Source: Candidatus Jorgensenbacteria bacterium
GTDB taxonomy: Bacteria > Patescibacteriota > Minisyncoccia > UBA6257 > GWB1-50-10
Length of the DNA: 64,000 nt
Direction: 5' to 3'
NCBI GenBank assembly: GCA_043807585.1
Contig: JAZDFV010000002.1
Span: 25,581 to 89,580 of the forward strand
Part shown: piece after piece, positions 10,774 to 20,570 of the stretch
Numbering within the stretch: position 1 is the stretch's first letter
How the letters are laid out: each line of letters starts with the position of its first letter
The notes under the pieces: model-generated
Told to the model about the DNA's origin: nothing
Seen by the model: only the letters and a program-made list of their open reading frames with translations
Databases searched by the model: none
Made by a program: the position numbers and the translations under genes

Positions 10774-10796
10774 TGCAGACGGGATATAATAAACTC

Positions 10797-11816
10797 ATGT
10801 CCGGCCTCGGTATTTTTTCACTCATTCCAAAAAAAGGAACCGATAAGAAAGAGCAGCTGCCTCCGGGCGGCGTGACCGCTCCCCCGGAGCGGGCATGGGA
10901 AACACGCGTTCCGGCCCACTCCGAGCGGGATCGGCAGGGCGGCGCGCTCCGCAACGGTTCGGCGGTTCTATCCTCAGCGCCGAAGGAGGGCGAACGGAGG
11001 CCCGGTTCCGAACGAAAGATATCAGATGGAAACGAAGCTATTTTCCACATTGAAGTCCACCTAATCAAGCCGAATCCGTTCCAGCCGCGGAGGGAGTTCA
11101 GCGAGATAAACATTGAGGAACTCGCCAGGTCCATCCGCGATTTCGGAATTCTCCAGCCCCTCGTGGTTTCCAAAGTGGTACGCGAGACGGAGGGAGGAAC
11201 CGCGGTGGAATACGAACTCATCGCCGGGGAGCGGCGCCTCCTCGCGGCAAGGAAACTCGGCTTGGAGCGTGTGCCAGTGGTGGTGAAGAGGGTGGATGAG
11301 AACCGGGCGAAGCTCGAGATGTCCTTGATCGAAAACCTCCAGCGGAGCGACCTCTCCGCGCTCGAAATGGCCCGCGCCTACGCGCGTCTCCAAGATGAGT
11401 TCGGGCTCTCCCAGCGTGAGGTGGCGGCGCGGGTGGGGAAGAGCCGCGAGGTGGTGGCGAATGCTCTCCGGCTTCTCGGTCTCCCCCAGGAGATACAGAT
11501 GGCGCTCGGGGCCGGCAGAATCAACGAATCGCAGGCGCGGGCACTCCTTGCCATCGGGAACGCGCCGGAGCAGGAGCGCGTTTTCCAGGAATTTCTCTCG
11601 CGGGGAGGTGCCGTACGCGCGCGACGCGAGAAAACGCCCACGCCGCCGGCGGATCCGGAGGGTGCGTTTTGGGAACGGCGTCTTGAAGAAAAGTTCGGGG
11701 CGCCGGTGAAGGTGGTAAAGAAAGGGAACCGCGGGAAAATCGAGATGCGCTTCCACTCCGAAGAAGAGTGGCACGGGCTGGTAGAAAAACTGGTGGGAGA
11801 AGGTTTGGCAGAATGA
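10797..11816 (+). CDS. parB: ParB/Spo0J partition protein
   Basis: PNPFQPRREF, LIAGERR, IENLQR, HTH. Confidence 0.97.
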   Translation: MSGLGIFSLIPKKGTDKKEQLPPGGVTAPPERAWETRVPAHSERDRQGGALRNGSAVLSSAPKEGERRPGSERKISDGNEAIFHIEVHLIKPNPFQPRREFSEINIEELARSIRDFGILQPLVVSKVVRETEGGTAVEYELIAGERRLLAARKLGLERVPVVVKRVDENRAKLEMSLIENLQRSDLSALEMARAYARLQDEFGLSQREVAARVGKSREVVANALRLLGLPQEIQMALGAGRINESQARALLAIGNAPEQERVFQEFLSRGGAVRARREKTPTPPADPEGAFWERRLEEKFGAPVKVVKKGNRGKIEMRFHSEEEWHGLVEKLVGEGLAE

Positions 11817-13156
11817 CCTCTCGCGCATCATTCACCCTCACCTGCCCGCTTCGCCTTGCGAAGCAAGGCGGGCGGGTTGAGCCCCGCAAAGGTTTTACCT
11901 TGATAGAGCTCCTCGTGGTCATCGCCATTCTTGGCACCATCGCCGTGGCCGTGGTTTTAGTCATCAACCCCGCCGAGCTTATCAAGCAGGCGCGGGACTC
12001 GACCCGCCTCGAGGACCTTGGAACCATCAATCGTATCCTCGGTCTCTTCCAGGCCGACCAAGTGGATGCCTTCATGGGCACCTCCTCAATCGTATACGTC
12101 TCGGTCCCCGATACCTCCGCCACCTGCGTGAACCTCGGCCTCCCGACGCTTCCCAGTGGTTGGAGCTACGCCTGTGCCCCCACGAGCACCCTTCAGAAGG
12201 CGGACGGCACGGGCTGGATTCCTGTGAATCTCACCGCCTTCTCCGCTGGTTCCCCCCTCTCCAAGTTCCCCGTGGACCCCGTGAACGCTACCTCCACGGG
12301 CGAATACTATGCCTACGTCACTGGCTCATCTTGGGAACTGACGGCTTTTCTCAAGTCCGACAAATACAAAATGGGCGGTGGGAGTGATAAAGCCAGCAAA
12401 GACAGTGGCCAACACCCCGAGCTCTATGAACTTGGCTCCACTCTCAAACTCACCCCGGTCACAAGAGACCCTTCTTTGGTCGGGTACTGGAAGCTTGATG
12501 AAACGAGCGGTACCCTCTATGACACATCTGGCCACGGGAACAACGGCACGCAATCGGGGGGTGTAACCTACGGCGCGACCGGCAAGGTGGGGAACGCTTT
12601 GAGTTTTGATGGGGTGGATGATTATGTTTCTACGATCCTCTCGCCGCCATCAACAGTTCCTGTGTCGGTTCTTCTCTGGATTTACCCCACTGACAATACT
12701 GTGTCTCATTGTGTTGTTTCTCGTCCCCCCGCTGGTTGGTTTCCCCTCTATGGGGTTTGTCCATATTTATCAACAAATGAAGTATATAACTATACTAACG
12801 GATTATACGGTCTATATCTACAGACGACGGAATCCTACGGCGCTGCTATGCGTGTTACTTCAAACGTTTCACCGCCCAACAACACTTGGAGTCAGGTGGG
12901 ATTTACCTATGACGGGAGTAGTTTCACCTTGTTTTACAACGGTCAAGCTACTGGGAAAACGCTTTGGTGCAAGACAGGGGGATGCAATGAGAATCAAAAC
13001 TATTTGAGTATCTCAGGTTCTCAGACACATTCTTTGGGTAAAGCAAATGATGCCTGGAAGTCAAACCTTTTCCAAGGCAGTATCGACGACATCCGTATCT
13101 ATAATCGTGCCCTCTCCGCGGCTGAAATTAGTGCTATTTACAGTGCCACGCAATAG
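11813..13156 (+). CDS. Type IV pilin-like protein with C-terminal LamG (concanavalin A-like) domain
   Basis: GFTLIELLVVIAI N-methylation motif; LVGYWKLDE...IDDIRIYNRALS. Confidence 0.93.
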   Translation: MTSRASFTLTCPLRLAKQGGRVEPRKGFTLIELLVVIAILGTIAVAVVLVINPAELIKQARDSTRLEDLGTINRILGLFQADQVDAFMGTSSIVYVSVPDTSATCVNLGLPTLPSGWSYACAPTSTLQKADGTGWIPVNLTAFSAGSPLSKFPVDPVNATSTGEYYAYVTGSSWELTAFLKSDKYKMGGGSDKASKDSGQHPELYELGSTLKLTPVTRDPSLVGYWKLDETSGTLYDTSGHGNNGTQSGGVTYGATGKVGNALSFDGVDDYVSTILSPPSTVPVSVLLWIYPTDNTVSHCVVSRPPAGWFPLYGVCPYLSTNEVYNYTNGLYGLYLQTTESYGAAMRVTSNVSPPNNTWSQVGFTYDGSSFTLFYNGQATGKTLWCKTGGCNENQNYLSISGSQTHSLGKANDAWKSNLFQGSIDDIRIYNRALSAAEISAIYSATQ

Positions 13157-13178
13157 CAAATTAATGACATCGTAAAGA

Positions 13179-14384
13179 ATGACCTCTTGCGCATCATTCA
13201 CCCTCATAGAGCTCCTCGTCGTGATAGCGATCCTGGGGGTCTTGGCCACAGTCGTCATCCTCGTCATCAACCCCGCCGAGCTCATCAAGCAGGCGCGGGA
13301 CTCGACCCGCCTCGAGGACCTTGGAACCATCAATCGTATCCTCGGTCTCTTCCAGGCCGACCAAGTGGATGCCTTCATGGGCACCTCCTCAATCGTATAC
13401 GCCTCGGTCCCCGATACCTCCGCCACCTGCGTGAACCTCGGCCTCCCGACGCTTCCCAGTGGTTGGAGCTACGCCTGTGCCCCCACGAGCACCCTTCAGA
13501 AGGCGGACGGCACGGGCTGGATTCCTGTGAATCTTACCGCCTTCTCCGCTGGTTCCCCCCTCTCCAAGTTCCCCGTGGACCCCGTGAACACCACCTCCAC
13601 GAGCCAGTACTACACCTATGTAACGGGGGGGAGTTGGGAGCTGACCGCAGTCACCGAATCCTCAAAGTATGCTTCCAAATCCTCATCTGATGGCGGGGTA
13701 GACCCCGCCATGCTTGAGGTAGGGTCCGATCCTGGACTCGATCTCTCGCCCTTCGCCCATGGGATGGTGGGGTATTGGATGTTTGATGAGACGGGCACGA
13801 CCGCCAATGACAGCTCGGGTTATGCAAACACTGGCACCATGTATTCATCTTCAACTATCTCCGACTTACATACTTCTTCTAATTGTAAAGCTGGAAGTTG
13901 TGTGAGTCTTGATGGGACAGATGATTATGTGAGAATTCCAACGCTAGGGCCTTATGGTAGCTTCACATACCTTGCATGGATAAAATCAACAAATATTAAC
14001 AGTCCTTCTACACAACCTATTATTCATGGTCCCTCTGAAGGATGGAATAGTTTTAATATTAACTCCTCGAAATTAAGATATGGTAGTTATGGTGGTGTTG
14101 GGTGCGGCGGTGCAAACTCATTCAGCAATACCTCTCTTGCATCTAATACATCTTATTTTGTCGCAATGACCTATAACAGGAACGGACAATGGCAATCCTT
14201 TATTAATGGAGCTCTTGACAGTAGTACCAACCATAATTGTTCTCCAGGGTCAGGAGTATACGATATCGGCTCTGCAAGTAGCTACTCAGCACAAAAGTTT
14301 TATGGGATCATCGACGACGTCCGCATCTACAACAGGGCACTATCGGCATCAGAAATTAGCGCTATTTACAATGCAACGCAATAA
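13179..14384 (+). CDS. Second pilin-LamG protein (tandem paralog)
   Basis: SFTLIELLVVIAI; VGYWMFDE...IDDVRIYNRALS; about 330 bp nearly identical to the previous gene. Confidence 0.93.
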   Translation: MTSCASFTLIELLVVIAILGVLATVVILVINPAELIKQARDSTRLEDLGTINRILGLFQADQVDAFMGTSSIVYASVPDTSATCVNLGLPTLPSGWSYACAPTSTLQKADGTGWIPVNLTAFSAGSPLSKFPVDPVNTTSTSQYYTYVTGGSWELTAVTESSKYASKSSSDGGVDPAMLEVGSDPGLDLSPFAHGMVGYWMFDETGTTANDSSGYANTGTMYSSSTISDLHTSSNCKAGSCVSLDGTDDYVRIPTLGPYGSFTYLAWIKSTNINSPSTQPIIHGPSEGWNSFNINSSKLRYGSYGGVGCGGANSFSNTSLASNTSYFVAMTYNRNGQWQSFINGALDSSTNHNCSPGSGVYDIGSASSYSAQKFYGIIDDVRIYNRALSASEISAIYNATQ

Positions 14385-14430
14385 AGCATATCCGCATCTA
14401 CCAAAGCCCTATCTGGCACCACGAAATAAA

Positions 14431-14458
14431 CCCCCACACCCATGCATAGGTGTGGGGG
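14431..14458. mobile_element. Mini palindrome with TAAA direct flanks
   Basis: TAAA-CCCCCACACC..GGTGTGGGGG-TAAA. Confidence 0.6.
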
Positions 14459-14655
14459 TAAAATTTTCAATATTGATTTGATGAAACCGCCCTCAGTCAC
14501 CGGTGAGAGTGCTATGCTGTAGCATAGCGCCTGACTTGACCTTCATCTTCTTTCCATCCCGTTTCTTCTTTCCATCCCGCCTCCTCTTTTTCCATCCTGC
14601 CTTCCTGCCCGCTATGCTATAGCATAGCAGCATGCTATACTAGTTTTGTGAATTT

Positions 14656-15108
14656 ATGAACAAAAAAGTCGCCGACAAGACGAACGAGATGAAGAAGGAA
14701 AAAAACGGGGTGATGCCGCTCGTCAGCGATTATTCTTCCCGGACAGAGTGGGAAACCGCTTGCTGGCGGAAGCTCCTCCAATCCAAAGAATTACTCCGAT
14801 TACTCGTTACTTCTCACGAACGTCATAACTTGGTAATGCGGGCCGCGGCTTTAGACCGACTTATTGCCGGTAAAAGCTACAAGCAAATTGGTAGAGAACT
14901 ATGGCTTTCGCCCCAAACCATCAGCGGTATCAAAAAAGCTCTAAAGGAAAAGAGCTATCAGAGCTATCAGAGCTATCAGAGCTATCTGGAGCGGAGTAAA
15001 AAAGAACGAAAAAAGAGAAAATACAGCTTCAATTCCCTCCCTGCCAAAGCAAGGTCTCGCGGCCGGCCTCACCGCACAAAGTACGGGACGATTTATCTGC
15101 CCTTCTAA
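14656..15108 (+). CDS. TrpR/YerC-like HTH DNA-binding protein
   Basis: LLVTSHERHNLVMR...GKSYKQIGRELWLSPQTIS HTH; internal AGAGCTATC x4 repeat. Confidence 0.75.
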   Translation: MNKKVADKTNEMKKEKNGVMPLVSDYSSRTEWETACWRKLLQSKELLRLLVTSHERHNLVMRAAALDRLIAGKSYKQIGRELWLSPQTISGIKKALKEKSYQSYQSYQSYLERSKKERKKRKYSFNSLPAKARSRGRPHRTKYGTIYLPF

Positions 15109-15696
15109 GTACTATGCTATAGCATAGCGGGACAGATGAGTTTATTTATCAAGGAGGGATTTGCGGGCGAAACCGACTAAAACCGCATCCATCCTCCTTC
15201 GCTCCAACTTTTCGTCGGAGTTTCGGAAGGACAAGCAGCCGCGCCCTCCTTGCCTTCGCTCAATCCTCGGCAGGTGGGCCTGCCCGTCCGAAGCTGCAGC
15301 GGAGGAGGGTCCGCCGCAGAAATTCAGGCAATTTATAACCCCGCTCAATAGAGCCATCCCTGCCTGCCGCCCGCCCGTCGCCTGCCTGCCGGTAGGCAGG
15401 GTCGGCAGGACAGGCAGGTACAACGCAGGCCAATAATTAATCAAGGCGTACTTGTGCACCGCTCATCTTTTGGAGGATTGCCCCAAGGGTGAGGAGGATC
15501 GGTTCCGACCTCGCCTCTTGACAAGTCAAGGTTCCTCCCTATACTTATCAATTGTGATTAGCAACAAAAGGTCGTTGGTGCTAACAACCGATCCGAAACC
15601 ACGAATCCATCCGAATGCTCCGAATGAATCCGAATGTTTCGTAGCAATTTGTAGATTCGGATGTGTTCGTAGATTAGGATCGCGAAAGCGAAGCGC

Positions 15697-15990
15697 ATGT
15701 TCAAACCACTCTCAAATAAAGTATTCATAGAGGCGGCGGAGGATGAGCAGCAGAAGACCAAGTCTGGTATCGTGCTCCCCGAGACCGCCGAGAAGGAGAA
15801 ATTTGTGAAAGGTTCCGTGGTCGCGGTGGGGCCGGGTAAGATGAACGACAAAGGTGAGCGCCTACCCATGGCGGTGAAGGTTGGCGACCGCGTCCTTTTC
15901 AAGAAACCCTGGTCGGGGGATGAGCTTGAGGCGGACGGGAAGAAGCTCTTGGTGGTGGATGAGGAGGATATACTCGCGATCGTAGAATGA
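15697..15990 (+). CDS. groES: Co-chaperonin GroES
   Basis: KPLSNKV...SGIVLP...VVAVGPG. Confidence 0.98.
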   Translation: MFKPLSNKVFIEAAEDEQQKTKSGIVLPETAEKEKFVKGSVVAVGPGKMNDKGERLPMAVKVGDRVLFKKPWSGDELEADGKKLLVVDEEDILAIVE

Positions 15991-16135
15991 TCGCGACAAG
16001 CACCAAATCCCAAGCACCAAATCCCAAATAAACTCCAATCGCTGAAATCTTGGTACAATAATTGAGACGGTTTTGAATTTGGAATTTGAGATTTATTTGT
16101 AATTTGGAATTTGTGGTTTGGAATTTCAACTAATT

Positions 16136-17761
16136 ATGGCCAAAGAAATTAAATTCAACGAAGAGGCCCGCGTGGCCTTGAAGAAAGGCATTGATAAGCT
16201 TGCCGAGGCGGTCCGGATGACCCTGGGTCCGCGCGGCCGCGCGGTGGTCATAGAGAAGGGCTATGGCGCCCCGCAGGTGACCTTTGACGGTGTTACGGTG
16301 GCGAAGGAGATAGAGCTTGAAGGGAAGTACGAGAACCTCGGCGCAGAGTTCATCAAGCAGGCTGCCGAGAAAACGAACGACACGGTGGGAGATGGCACCT
16401 CGACGGCGGTGGTGTTGGCCCACGCGATGATAGAGGAGGGAGAAAAAGCCATCCGCGAGAAGGGGTTCAACGTCATCCACCTTGCGGAGGAGATCCGGAG
16501 GGCGAGCGAGAAGATCGTGAAATACCTCAACGAGCATAAAGAACCGATCAACGACAATAAGAAGGTGGAGGAGGTAGCGACCCTCTCCGCGAAGGATGCG
16601 GAGATAGGGAAGCTCATCGCCGAGGTGATGGCGAAGGTCGGCAAGGAGGGCGTGGTCTCGGTGGAGGATTCCAACACCATCGGGAATTCTTACGATATGG
16701 TGGAGGGACTCCAATTCGACCGCGGCTACATTTCACCCTACATGATCACCAACCAGGAGCGCATGGAGGCGGTCTTGGAAGACCCCTACATTCTCCTCAC
16801 GGATAAGAAAATTTCTTCCATCAACGATCTTCTGCCACTCCTGGAGAAGATCGTGACGAGCGGCAAGAAAGAGCTCCTCATCATCGCCGACGAGGTGGAG
16901 GGTGAAGCGCTCGCCACGCTCGTGGTGAACAAACTCCGCGGCGTCTTCAGCGTTTTGGCGGTGAAGGCACCCGGTTTCGGCGACCGGAAGAAAGAAATGC
17001 TTCAGGATATCGCCATTGTGACCGGTGCGACGTTCGTTTCGGAAGATCTCGGGAAGAAACTTGAGAATGTGAGCGTGGCGGAACTCGGCCACGCGCACCG
17101 CGTGGCGGCGACCAAGGACAATACCACCATCGTGGGCGGCAAAGGCGACAAAAAGCAAATCGAGGACCGCATCGCTCAGATCAAGACGCAGGTGAAGAAG
17201 ACCGACTCCGAGTTTGACAAGGAGAAATTGCAGGAGCGGCTGGGGAAGCTCGCGGGAGGTGTCGCGGTCATCAAGGTGGGTGCGCCTACGGAATCCGCCC
17301 AGAAAGAATTGAAGCAGAGGGTTGAGGACGCGGTAGCGGCGACCCGCGCGGCGATGGAGGAAGGTATTGTGCCGGGCGGCGGAATCGCGCTTTTCAACGC
17401 CACGAGTGCCCTGGCGGCCGGTTCTGGGGAGGCTCCGTCGGTTGAGGCGGAACTCATCCTCCGGAGGACATTGGAGGCGCCGCTCAAGGCGATTATCGCT
17501 AACAGCGGAGAATCACCGGATGGTATGATCCTGGAAATCAGGAAGCAGAATCCGAAGAACCCCTGGGTTGGCTTCAACGCGATGACGAACGCGATCGGAG
17601 ACCTCAAGGAGGCCGGTATCATTGATCCCCTGAAGGTGGTGAAGACAGCATTCGTAAACGCCGTTTCAGTTGCCGCGAACTACCTTACTATCGGCGCCGC
17701 TATCACCGAGATTCCGAAGAGGGAACCGCCCCCGCCGCCCGGCGGAATGGGGGAGTACTGA
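16136..17761 (+). CDS. groEL: Chaperonin GroEL
   Basis: TLGPRGR, GDGTST, GLQFDRGY, KAPGFGDRKK. Confidence 0.99.
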   Translation: MAKEIKFNEEARVALKKGIDKLAEAVRMTLGPRGRAVVIEKGYGAPQVTFDGVTVAKEIELEGKYENLGAEFIKQAAEKTNDTVGDGTSTAVVLAHAMIEEGEKAIREKGFNVIHLAEEIRRASEKIVKYLNEHKEPINDNKKVEEVATLSAKDAEIGKLIAEVMAKVGKEGVVSVEDSNTIGNSYDMVEGLQFDRGYISPYMITNQERMEAVLEDPYILLTDKKISSINDLLPLLEKIVTSGKKELLIIADEVEGEALATLVVNKLRGVFSVLAVKAPGFGDRKKEMLQDIAIVTGATFVSEDLGKKLENVSVAELGHAHRVAATKDNTTIVGGKGDKKQIEDRIAQIKTQVKKTDSEFDKEKLQERLGKLAGGVAVIKVGAPTESAQKELKQRVEDAVAATRAAMEEGIVPGGGIALFNATSALAAGSGEAPSVEAELILRRTLEAPLKAIIANSGESPDGMILEIRKQNPKNPWVGFNAMTNAIGDLKEAGIIDPLKVVKTAFVNAVSVAANYLTIGAAITEIPKREPPPPPGGMGEY

Positions 17762-17904
17762 TGAGCAGTTGATAGAAAGTAGATAGTATTTAAGGAAGAA
17801 CGATTGACTACGAAAACGAAGCCGCTCTTGCTCTAAGGGCGGCTTTTGGTTTAGGGTGGGGGCAGTTCACTTCAGTCAAACAATTTCATATAGGAGGATT
17901 TGCC

Positions 17905-18813
17905 ATGACTACGACAAAGGAACGGCTGGAGCTCGAAACGCACGGGACAAAACGGCTGATAAGCGAGGGCGCCGAAAAATGGCTTGGGGTGCCGATTAAA
18001 TGTCTGGATCAGGGTTTTGTCTATCTCGTCGATTATATGGGAAATGATTATGCGATCGTGCGAGCGGCACGTGTGTCATATGGGCAGGGCACGAAAAACG
18101 TGCAGGATGACCGGGGATTGATCCGGTATCTGATGCGCCACAATCACACCACGCCGTTTGAAATGGCCGAGCTGGGGTTCCACGTGCGCGTGCCGATGGA
18201 CTGCTGGCGGCAGTGGATCAGACATCGTACTGCGAACGTGAACGAATATTCAACCCGTTATTCGATTGCGGTCGATGCAACGCAAAAGACGCCGCCAGAC
18301 GGATGGCGCAGGCAGTCAAAGGGCAACAAGCAGGGGAGTGAAGGCCTTCTGGAAATAGAACTGGGAAAGGACATTTCGGAAGAAGAGGAGGCGTTTCATG
18401 AGCACGCCCGCAGTGTTTACAAAGGACGTATCGTTGCTGGAGTCGCCCGCGAGCAGGCACGGAAAGACCTCCCGCTTTCCACATACACGGAAGCATATTG
18501 GAAAATGGATCTCCATAACCTGCTCCATTTCTTGGGGCTTCGTCTCGACGTACACGCACAGGAGGAAATCAGGATATACGCGACGGCAATGGCGTGTATC
18601 GTAAAAGATGCTTTCCCTCTCACCTTCGAGGCCTTCGAGGATTACCGGCTTCATGCGCTCACGCTTTCACGGCTTGAAACGGAATTCGTGAAAGGTCACG
18701 CGTGGCCTCAGGGGGAAATTACCGTCCGTCCGCTCCTCGAGAGTGCATTCAAGAACAAGCGGGAAATCGAGGAATGTCTCGAGAAGCTCAAGTTGTTCGG
18801 GTTCGTGGTGTAG
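17905..18813 (+). CDS. thyX: Flavin-dependent thymidylate synthase
   Basis: RHR...NEYSTRY motif, HTTPFE, AREQAR, HAQEEIR. Confidence 0.97.
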   Translation: MTTTKERLELETHGTKRLISEGAEKWLGVPIKCLDQGFVYLVDYMGNDYAIVRAARVSYGQGTKNVQDDRGLIRYLMRHNHTTPFEMAELGFHVRVPMDCWRQWIRHRTANVNEYSTRYSIAVDATQKTPPDGWRRQSKGNKQGSEGLLEIELGKDISEEEEAFHEHARSVYKGRIVAGVAREQARKDLPLSTYTEAYWKMDLHNLLHFLGLRLDVHAQEEIRIYATAMACIVKDAFPLTFEAFEDYRLHALTLSRLETEFVKGHAWPQGEITVRPLLESAFKNKREIEECLEKLKLFGFVV

Positions 18814-18916
18814 TGTTAATGGAGGTTTGCCCAAAAGCCGTTCCGGATTCATCGGGGCGGCTTTTTAGTTTGTTTTCTGCTACGATATAGGAAAGGTCAA
18901 AGCACGCAAAAATACT

Positions 18917-19471
18917 ATGAAAAAAGTTTGGTGGATCATTCTGGCGGTAGTGGTCGTGGTGCTCCTCTACGGGTGGAGCGCATACAACGGGTTTGTCGGG
19001 AAGAACGAGGCGGTCGACAATCAGTGGGCGCAGGTGGAGAGCCAGTACCAGCGCCGGCTGGACCTCATCCCGAACCTCGTGGAATCGGTGAAGGGGATGA
19101 TGAAGCAGGAGCAGGCCATTTTTGATACCTTAGCCGAGGCGCGGACGAAGTATGCGGGGGCGGCGACAGTGGACGCAAAAGCCGCCGCGGCGGGGGCTGT
19201 GGAAACCGCACTCGGGCGTTTGCTCGCGGTCGTGGAGAACTACCCGACGCTCAAATCGTCCGAGAACGTGCAGACGCTCATGGCGCAGCTTGAGGGCACC
19301 GAGAACCGGGTTTCGGTGGAACGCCAGCGCTTCAACGATACTGTGCGTGTGCTGAACGTAGCGGTGAAAACGTTTCCCTCGAACGTGATTGCCGGCATTT
19401 TCGGGTTCGGCGAGCGCACCTACTTTGAGGCGGCGGCAGGCGCCGAGAATGCTCCCGCGGTTCAGTTTTAA
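18917..19471 (+). CDS. lemA: LemA family protein
   Basis: YQRRLDLIPNLV, ENYPTLKS, EGTENRV. Confidence 0.96.
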   Translation: MKKVWWIILAVVVVVLLYGWSAYNGFVGKNEAVDNQWAQVESQYQRRLDLIPNLVESVKGMMKQEQAIFDTLAEARTKYAGAATVDAKAAAAGAVETALGRLLAVVENYPTLKSSENVQTLMAQLEGTENRVSVERQRFNDTVRVLNVAVKTFPSNVIAGIFGFGERTYFEAAAGAENAPAVQF

Positions 19472-19537
19472 TGTTTTGAGGTTCGACCTCCCCAAGGAGG
19501 TCGAACCTCCCAAAATTGGGATAGAAGAGAATCCCTT

Positions 19538-20470
19538 ATGCTGTGTTTATCTTCTCTAATTCGCGCGAATAAGCGAATAGTTGTCGGCGCGATGGCGGTT
19601 GCAATATTGGTGCCGCTCACCGCTTTTACGTACACAAGTCCAGGAAAGCCCGCGGGGTTTGTGAACGATTTTGCTGGAATGCTCGCCCCGAACGAAGTCG
19701 AAGTGCTTGAGGCGAAACTCACGGCGTTCGAGAAAAGCACCGGCAATGAAATTTCCATTGTCACTACACCGTCGCTTGGAGGCGATACGATAGAGAATTT
19801 TGCGGTGCAACTGTTTCAAGAGTGGGGCATTGGCAAGAAAGACAAAGACAACGGCGCGCTCGTTTTAGTTTCGCGCGATGACCATAAAATACGCATTGAG
19901 GTGGGGTATGGTTTGGAACCGGTGTTGACCGACGCGCAGAGTTACTGGCTCATCCAGGACATCATCACGCCGGCGTTCCGCGACGGAAATTACTATGCGG
20001 GATTGGATGGCGCGGCTGACAAGATCATCGCGGCGGTGGGAGGCCTGCCTGCGCAGGCAGGAGAAGTCATTCCCTCGGCGGAAGTGTCCGCGGGAGACCA
20101 AGGTGGTCGGATAAACATTGATTGGTTCTGGCTCGTCTTTTTCCTGCCCCTCTGGCTCGGGAGCGTTTTGGCGCGCTCCAAATCATGGTGGGCGGGCGGG
20201 GTTATCGGGGGCATTGCCGGTGTCGTGATCGGGCTCTTTCAGGGGTTTCTCTACACGGGCGTGATTGCGGTGGGGCTGCTCATTCCGATTGGTTTGTTTT
20301 TTGACTACGTCGTTTCCAAAAATTACGGAAAGTTCAAATCGAAGGGCAAAATGCCTCCGTGGTGGATCGGCGGTGCTGGCTTCGGCGGCGGCGGCTCTTC
20401 GTCTAGCTCGGGATTCGGCGGCTTCGGCGGCGGCAGTTCGGGTGGGGGCGGTTCCAGCGGGAGTTGGTGA
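19538..20470 (+). CDS. TPM-domain (YgcG-like) membrane protein
   Basis: VNDFAGML, WGIGKKDKDNG, IEVGYGLE, Gly-rich tail; adjacent to lemA; start uncertain. Confidence 0.93.
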   Translation: MLCLSSLIRANKRIVVGAMAVAILVPLTAFTYTSPGKPAGFVNDFAGMLAPNEVEVLEAKLTAFEKSTGNEISIVTTPSLGGDTIENFAVQLFQEWGIGKKDKDNGALVLVSRDDHKIRIEVGYGLEPVLTDAQSYWLIQDIITPAFRDGNYYAGLDGAADKIIAAVGGLPAQAGEVIPSAEVSAGDQGGRINIDWFWLVFFLPLWLGSVLARSKSWWAGGVIGGIAGVVIGLFQGFLYTGVIAVGLLIPIGLFFDYVVSKNYGKFKSKGKMPPWWIGGAGFGGGGSSSSSGFGGFGGGSSGGGGSSGSW

Positions 20471-20508
20471 TTTCTAGTTTTAGGATTCAGCGTTGTAGTG
20501 GTATATCG

Positions 20509-20546
20509 TTATCACATTAAATCGCGACCGCGATTTAATGTGATAA
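20509..20546. repeat. 38-bp palindrome, with a second copy at 21155-21190
   Basis: TTATCACATTAAATCGCG-AC-CGCGATTTAATGTGATAA. Confidence 0.9.
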
Positions 20547-20570
20547 ATGCCGAGCGACTAGATCTTATTT

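Noticed and set aside
11960-13600. Pilin duplication as a DGR TR/VR pair
   Set aside because: Both copies are coding, near the N terminus, and the differences are not adenine-specific
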